Shown: piece after piece, positions 8,001-12,006 of the stretch | Layout: every line of letters begins with the position of its first letter | Numbering within the stretch: position 1 is the stretch's first letter | Assembly (NCBI GenBank): GCA_040904565.1 | Contig: JBBDTI010000060.1 | Coordinates: forward strand, 15,985 to 27,990 | Reading direction: 5' to 3' | DNA length: 12,006 nucleotides | From: Rhodothermales bacterium | Lineage (GTDB): Bacteria; Bacteroidota; Rhodothermia; Rhodothermales; VXPQ01 | The notes under the pieces: model-generated | Database searches by the model: none | What the model was told of the DNA's origin: nothing | The model's input: the letters and a program-made list of their open reading frames with translations, nothing else | Made by a program: the position numbers and the translations under genes

Positions 8001-8044
8001 CGAAAGCCGCCGACCTGCATCCTCATGCAGACCGGCGGCTTTCG
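8001..8044 (-). terminator. Strong stem-loop downstream of the beta-barrel gene, probable intrinsic terminator
   Basis: Minus strand CGAAAGCCGCCG-GT-CTGCAT-GAGG-ATGCAG-GT-CGGCGGCTTTCG forms a 20-bp stem with two G-U pairs (which pair only on the minus strand) and a 4-nt loop. It starts 27 nt past the stop. The U-tail is weak. Confidence 0.75.
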
Positions 8045-8071
8045 ACCACGTATCGTAATCGGAACGGCGAC

Positions 8072-9355
8072 CTAGAAGGCCACCACGCCCTCGATCACGA
8101 TACCGTTGAATTCACCTTCGTGCAGCGCGTTCGTCGACGGATAGTCGTTGTAGTTCTGCATCACGTACTCGAGCTTCATCAGCACGCGGGAGGTGACGAA
8201 CCATCCGCCGCCGACCTGAATCCGGTCGATGCTGACCTCCGTACCGCTGCCCGCCAGCTCACCGCTGAGCGTGTTATACCGGGCGCCAACGAAGAGCTGC
8301 TCGCGCGGTGCGAACCGATAGATGGCCTCCGCCGCGAACTGATTCCAGGTCCGCGTGTCCGACTCGCCGGCGTTCGCTCCGCTCGTCGTCTCGATCACGC
8401 CGAACAGTTCCAGCCCGCGGATCTTGACGAACGGGTTGATCTGGAACGAGGTAACCTCGCTCCGAAATCCGGGCTGTACGCGGCCCGACGTGAAGCCCTC
8501 TCCCATCACCTCGTAGTACCGCGATCCCGCACGGTCGCCCGAAAAGAGCGTGTTGTTGGCCGACTTCGCGGTGGTGTAGGCGGAACCCGTCAGGCGAACG
8601 CGCAGGTCCTCGGACAGCTCGCGGTCGAAGCCCAGCTTTCCGTAGAATGCCGGAGCGCGGCTATCGGGATTCAGTACGGCGCCCTTGATCTCACCGTTCG
8701 TGATCGCACCCATGGTCATCAGGCCGTTCGAACGTACGTATACCTCGCCGCCGATCTCCGTCGTGAACGAATCCATGATGAGGTTGCCCACGAACGGGTT
8801 GTACATCGCGTTGCCGTTGTCGGTGCGGCGGAAGTGCGCGTCGCCGTAGTTGATCTCGAAGTGCCCCACGCGCAGCGTGACGAACTCCATGAGATCGTCG
8901 AGCGCGGCGTTGTTCAGCATCGGCAGTTTGTTGATGCTGAGGTATCCGCCCTTGACCCACGCCTCGCTGTGATGGCGTGAGGACAGATACGTGATCAGGT
9001 TGACGCGAATGCCGTCTGCCAGCTGGGCGTCGAGGTTCAGGTTGGCCGTGGCCGTGTTGAATCCCCATCCCATATCCGGGAGGGCGTTCACGTTCAAACC
9101 GTCGACGATCACGTCGTCGGCCTCGTTGCTGTGATCCAGTCCCTGAAACTGCTGCGTGAAGGCAGCCCCCCAGCGGACGTTGAAGCCTTCGAAGGCTACG
9201 GTATCTGCCTTCGGATCTTCGAAAACGTTTATGCCGGACTGATCGTACGGCCGGAAAAACTGCGGCTGAAACGCGTCTTGCGCGGTCGCGGCCCGGGTCA
9301 CGAACAGCCCGCCGACGGCAATCAGAACGGTAAGAATGTATGCGGTGTATTTCAT
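8072..9355 (-). CDS. Uncharacterised outer-membrane beta-barrel (porin-like) protein
   Basis: From ATG 9355 there is a Sec signal peptide MKYTAYILTVLIAVGGLFVTRAATA-Q. Amphipathic strands (ANLNLDAQL, IGGEVYV, LRVRLTGSAY, RIQVGGGWF, LMKLEYV) and a C-terminal aromatic residue (IVIEGVVAF). The ORF-track extension to 9541 is unlikely to be real. Confidence 0.8.
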   Translation of the reverse strand: MKYTAYILTVLIAVGGLFVTRAATAQDAFQPQFFRPYDQSGINVFEDPKADTVAFEGFNVRWGAAFTQQFQGLDHSNEADDVIVDGLNVNALPDMGWGFNTATANLNLDAQLADGIRVNLITYLSSRHHSEAWVKGGYLSINKLPMLNNAALDDLMEFVTLRVGHFEINYGDAHFRRTDNGNAMYNPFVGNLIMDSFTTEIGGEVYVRSNGLMTMGAITNGEIKGAVLNPDSRAPAFYGKLGFDRELSEDLRVRLTGSAYTTAKSANNTLFSGDRAGSRYYEVMGEGFTSGRVQPGFRSEVTSFQINPFVKIRGLELFGVIETTSGANAGESDTRTWNQFAAEAIYRFAPREQLFVGARYNTLSGELAGSGTEVSIDRIQVGGGWFVTSRVLMKLEYVMQNYNDYPSTNALHEGEFNGIVIEGVVAF

Positions 9356-9583
9356 CTGTCTCTTGGAGGATGGTGTCTGTATCAATAACCATGGTGGCTG
9401 TTTCAAGAACCGCTCGTAACCTAACCAGGCGGAAAAATCGAAAACAGCCGTACCCGCCGCATCGCGGCGCCCGGTCATCCTTGCGGCCCGTGTAGGTGGA
9501 ACCCCCGCATACACCCGTCCAGACCTGTAGGAAGGGACCATCCGAATGCATCAAATCCAAACGATATAGCACGAGGCGAAACC

Positions 9584-9633
9584 CTTTTCATAATACAGAG
9601 TAAAGAGTCTTAAATAAGATCGGGGCGACTCTT
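9584..9633. promoter_or_regulatory. AT-rich divergent promoter/operator patch with overlapping inverted repeats upstream of ric
   Basis: TCTTA-AA-TAAGA (9608-9619) and AAGAGTC (9603-09) / GACTCTT (9627-33) within the most AT-rich part of the intergenic region. Confidence 0.4.
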
Positions 9634-9667
9634 GCCTCCACTATCTCGTTACGAACATCGAGGAGCT

Positions 9668-10420
9668 ATGCATAGCATCGACCAGAATGATTTGACGCAG
9701 CGGACGGTTGCGGACACCGTCTCGGAGAACTACGCGCTGGCCACCGTCTTCAAGCGGTACGGCATCGACTTCTGCTGCGGCGGCGGGCGCACCATCGAGG
9801 AAGCCTGCAATAAGAAGGGCGTGGACGTTTCTGAGCTGCTTAAAGCGCTGGAGCGAGCGGCCGAGCGGTCCGGCGCACCGGCATCCGACCCGCGCGAATG
9901 GGAGGTCGGCTTTCTCGTCGATTATATTACGAACGTGCATCATCGCTACGTCCGCGAGCAAATTCCTGCCCTGTTGGCCTTCGCCAGAAAAGTTGCCAAG
10001 GTGCATGGAGCCGGCTCACCCGAACTCATCGAGATTGCCGGACTCGTGCACGAACTCGCCGGTGAGCTGGGAGCCCACCTGGTAGACGAGGAGGAGAAGC
10101 TCTTTCCCTACGCCAGGCAGCTGGCAACGAATGGAGATGTGGATGCTTCGAACCGCGATGGAGAGGCGATGGAGCTACTGGGCGACACGATCGGACAGAT
10201 GATCGCCGAGCACGACCGGGCCGGCGACATCATGAAGCACATTAGAGAGCTTACGAACGGCTTTCAGCCCCCGGAGCACGCGTGCAATACCTACAGGGCC
10301 CTCTTCTCCACACTGGAAGACTTCGAGACGGACCTGCACCGGCACGTGCATCTGGAAAACAACGTGCTCTTCCCGAAAGTAATCGAACTCGAGTCGGAGC
10401 TCAGCCTTCCATCCGCATAG
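9668..10420 (+). CDS. ric: Iron-sulfur cluster repair di-iron protein (RIC / YtfE / ScdA / DnrN)
   Basis: N-terminal ScdA_N motif VFKRYGIDFCCGG. Hemerythrin ligands HHRY, HLVDEE, EHD and HRHVHLENNVLFPK, plus PPEHACNTY. GAGGAG lies just upstream of ATG 9668. Confidence 0.95.
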   Translation: MHSIDQNDLTQRTVADTVSENYALATVFKRYGIDFCCGGGRTIEEACNKKGVDVSELLKALERAAERSGAPASDPREWEVGFLVDYITNVHHRYVREQIPALLAFARKVAKVHGAGSPELIEIAGLVHELAGELGAHLVDEEEKLFPYARQLATNGDVDASNRDGEAMELLGDTIGQMIAEHDRAGDIMKHIRELTNGFQPPEHACNTYRALFSTLEDFETDLHRHVHLENNVLFPKVIELESELSLPSA

Positions 10421-10422
10421 CG

Positions 10423-10443
10423 AACGCCTTCAAGGCGTTGAAG
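10423..10443. terminator. Small hairpin between the convergent ric and sulfatase genes
   Basis: AACGCCTT-C-AAGGCGTT (10423-10439) is a perfect inverted repeat right after the ric stop. An alternative pairing is CTTCAA/TTGAAG (10428-10443). There is no U-tract. Confidence 0.4.
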
Positions 10444-10474
10444 CCTGGACGTCCGATAAAGTACCCAACAGTCC

Positions 10475-12004
10475 CTAGTCGTCTATCCGCGCGTTCAGCT
10501 GCGTAGGATACGGATCCAGCCGGTCTTCGTGCGCGACGACCCGGTCGCGGATGGCCCGCAGCACGTCGGGACGATCGGCTGCTACGTCGTACTGCTCGGA
10601 CGGATCGTGTCCTAGATGGAAGAGCAGCGGCGTTTCGTGATGCACGGGCTCGTCGCCCACGTACGCTCGCTGCGTGATGTAGTGCGCCTTCCACGGCCCC
10701 ATCCGGGCGGCGAAGAGCCTCTCGCCGCGGTAGTAATAGACCATCTCGCGACCCTCTTCGGAACGGCCGTGCAGTACGTCGGAGAGATCCATGCCGTCGA
10801 TGATGCGGTCGTCGGGTACGTTTACCCCCGCGAGATTAAACGCCGTCGGCAGCAGATCCATCGTCGTCGCGACGGCCGTACTGACGGTACCCGCCGGGAT
10901 CCGTCCGGGCGCCCACGCGATGGCCGGCACGCGCATGCCGCCCTCCCAGGTCGTCCCCTTCCCGTCACGGAGGAGGCCGGCGGATCCGCCGTGCGTGTCG
11001 AAGACGAGCCACGGCCCGTTGTCACTCGTGAAAAAGACGTACGTATTGTCGCTCAGACCCTCTTCCTGAAGGGTCTCCAGCACGCGTCCCACGCTCCAAT
11101 CGATCTCTTCGATCACGTCCCCATACAACCCGCGCTCGCTTATCCCCGCGAAGGCATCCGATCGAAACAGCGGTACGTGGGGCAGGCTGTGCGCCAGGTA
11201 AAGGAAAAAAGGTTCGTCGTTATGCTCGCGAATGAACGTCACGGCCTCCTCGGTGTAACGGCGCGTGATGGTTTCCTGCTGGGCGGGCCGCTCGATGATC
11301 TCTTCGTTGCGCATGAGGGGCACGTTCCAGTATTCGGACCTGGGCTCCCAGAACGGGTCGTGCCACTCGCCTCCCACGACGCGGTCCATGTCGTTCGAGT
11401 ACGGAATGCCGTAGTAATAGTCGAATCCGTGACGGCGAGGCAGGTACGGATCTCGATGGCCTAGATGCCACTTGCCGATGGCAGCCGTGGCGTAGCCGGC
11501 CGCCTTTAAGCCCTCCGCCATCGTGATCTCCCGGTGCGGCAGGCCGAGCTCCGAGTCGGGGAAGAGTACGCGCCGCTCGTCGCTGGCCATGCCACTGCGG
11601 ATGGGGAGGCGCCCGGTGAGCAACGCCGCTCGGCTCGGCGTGCAGACAGACGCACCCGTGTAAAACTGCGTAAACTTCATGCCTTCTGCGGCCATCCGGT
11701 CGAGATGAGGCGTCTTGATGGTCGGATGTCCGTACACGCCCACGTCGCCATACCCCATGTCGTCGGTAAAGACGACGACGATGTTGGGAGGATTCTGGGC
11801 GAGACCCTGCCGCCCGGAGAACAGCACGAGTGCAAGCGCCATGACGGCGTACCGGCACCATCGGCGCGCATCAACCGGACGCTTGCCGGAGGCTGTGGAC
11901 GTCGAAGCTGTGGGGGGGAAGCTTTGGACGTCGAAGCTGTGGGGGGGGGGAGCTTTGGACGTCGAAGCTGTGGACGTCGAAGCTGTGGAGGGCAAATGCA
12001 TCAT
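10475..12004 (-). CDS. Secreted formylglycine-dependent (S1 family, Cys-type) sulfatase, arylsulfatase A / GalNAc-6-sulfatase-like
   Basis: PNIVVVFTDDMGYGD, signature CTPSRAALLTGR, GYATAAIGKWHLG, GIPYSNDM, PHVPL, FTSDNGPW and GKGTTWEGGMRVP. Hydrophobic signal ending GLA-Q. The start is uncertain (ATG 12004/12001, ATG 11842, or beyond the window edge). Confidence 0.92.
   Translation of the reverse strand: MMHLPSTASTSTASTSKAPPPHSFDVQSFPPTASTSTASGKRPVDARRWCRYAVMALALVLFSGRQGLAQNPPNIVVVFTDDMGYGDVGVYGHPTIKTPHLDRMAAEGMKFTQFYTGASVCTPSRAALLTGRLPIRSGMASDERRVLFPDSELGLPHREITMAEGLKAAGYATAAIGKWHLGHRDPYLPRRHGFDYYYGIPYSNDMDRVVGGEWHDPFWEPRSEYWNVPLMRNEEIIERPAQQETITRRYTEEAVTFIREHNDEPFFLYLAHSLPHVPLFRSDAFAGISERGLYGDVIEEIDWSVGRVLETLQEEGLSDNTYVFFTSDNGPWLVFDTHGGSAGLLRDGKGTTWEGGMRVPAIAWAPGRIPAGTVSTAVATTMDLLPTAFNLAGVNVPDDRIIDGMDLSDVLHGRSEEGREMVYYYRGERLFAARMGPWKAHYITQRAYVGDEPVHHETPLLFHLGHDPSEQYDVAADRPDVLRAIRDRVVAHEDRLDPYPTQLNARIDD
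11892..11989. repeat. Tandem array of about 15-bp period: four exact TGGACGTCGAAGCTG units interleaved with two poly-G variant units
   Basis: Exact units at 11896-11910, 11925-11939, 11956-11970 and 11971-11985. Variants T-G7-AAGCTT (11911-11924, 14 nt) and T-G10-AGCTT (11940-11955, 16 nt). Confidence 0.92.
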
Positions 12005-12006
12005 GG

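Noticed and set aside
9356-9541. N-terminal extension of the barrel ORF to 489 aa, and the ric extension to TTG 9632
   Set aside because: The signal peptide begins at ATG 9355, and ric has an RBS-like GAGGAG before ATG 9668. The extensions look non-coding.
9541-9556. FNR/DNR box upstream of ric
   Set aside because: Only the ATCAA half-site is present. The TTGAT half is missing.
828-11464. Long antisense or alternative-frame ORFs (e.g. 1572-3212 +, 6362-7348 +, 7829-8980 +, 10616-11464 +, 7029-7997 -, 8691-9572 -)
   Set aside because: They are shadows of well-supported genes in high-GC DNA, rich in Arg/His/Val, with no recognisable motifs.
11892-11989. Repeat-spacer-like pattern as a CRISPR array
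   Set aside because: The repeats are only 15 bp, the apparent spacers are poly-G variants of the same unit, two units are directly adjacent, and there are no cas genes.

Overview
GC-rich bacterial DNA (roughly 64% GC by eye). Protein style suggests the Bacteroidota/Rhodothermota group, but that is inference. The window holds nine complete CDSs plus the 5' end of an ArsR/SmtB regulator at the left edge, which the ORF track misses and which has a clear promoter and palindromic operator. Left to right: arsR-like (partial, -), pyridoxamine 5'-phosphate oxidase-like FMN-binding protein (-), lipoprotein with a PQQ-type glucose/sorbosone dehydrogenase domain and a CBM6-like module (-), divergent DUF1080 lipoprotein (+), a co-directional sodium:solute symporter / SDR / fumarylacetoacetate-hydrolase trio (-) resembling the lower half of a non-phosphorylative deoxy-sugar-acid pathway, an uncharacterised outer-membrane beta-barrel (-) divergent from ric (+), and a secreted formylglycine-dependent sulfatase (-). 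No mobile element, CRISPR array, rRNA or tRNA is visible. The most interesting signals are the barrel/ric divergon, the dehydrogenase/DUF1080 divergon with a structured leader, a LacI-type operator inside the transporter-SDR gap, and three unrelated tandem arrays with a period of about 15 bp. One of these arrays carries frame-compensating poly-G tracts in the 5' end of the sulfatase.
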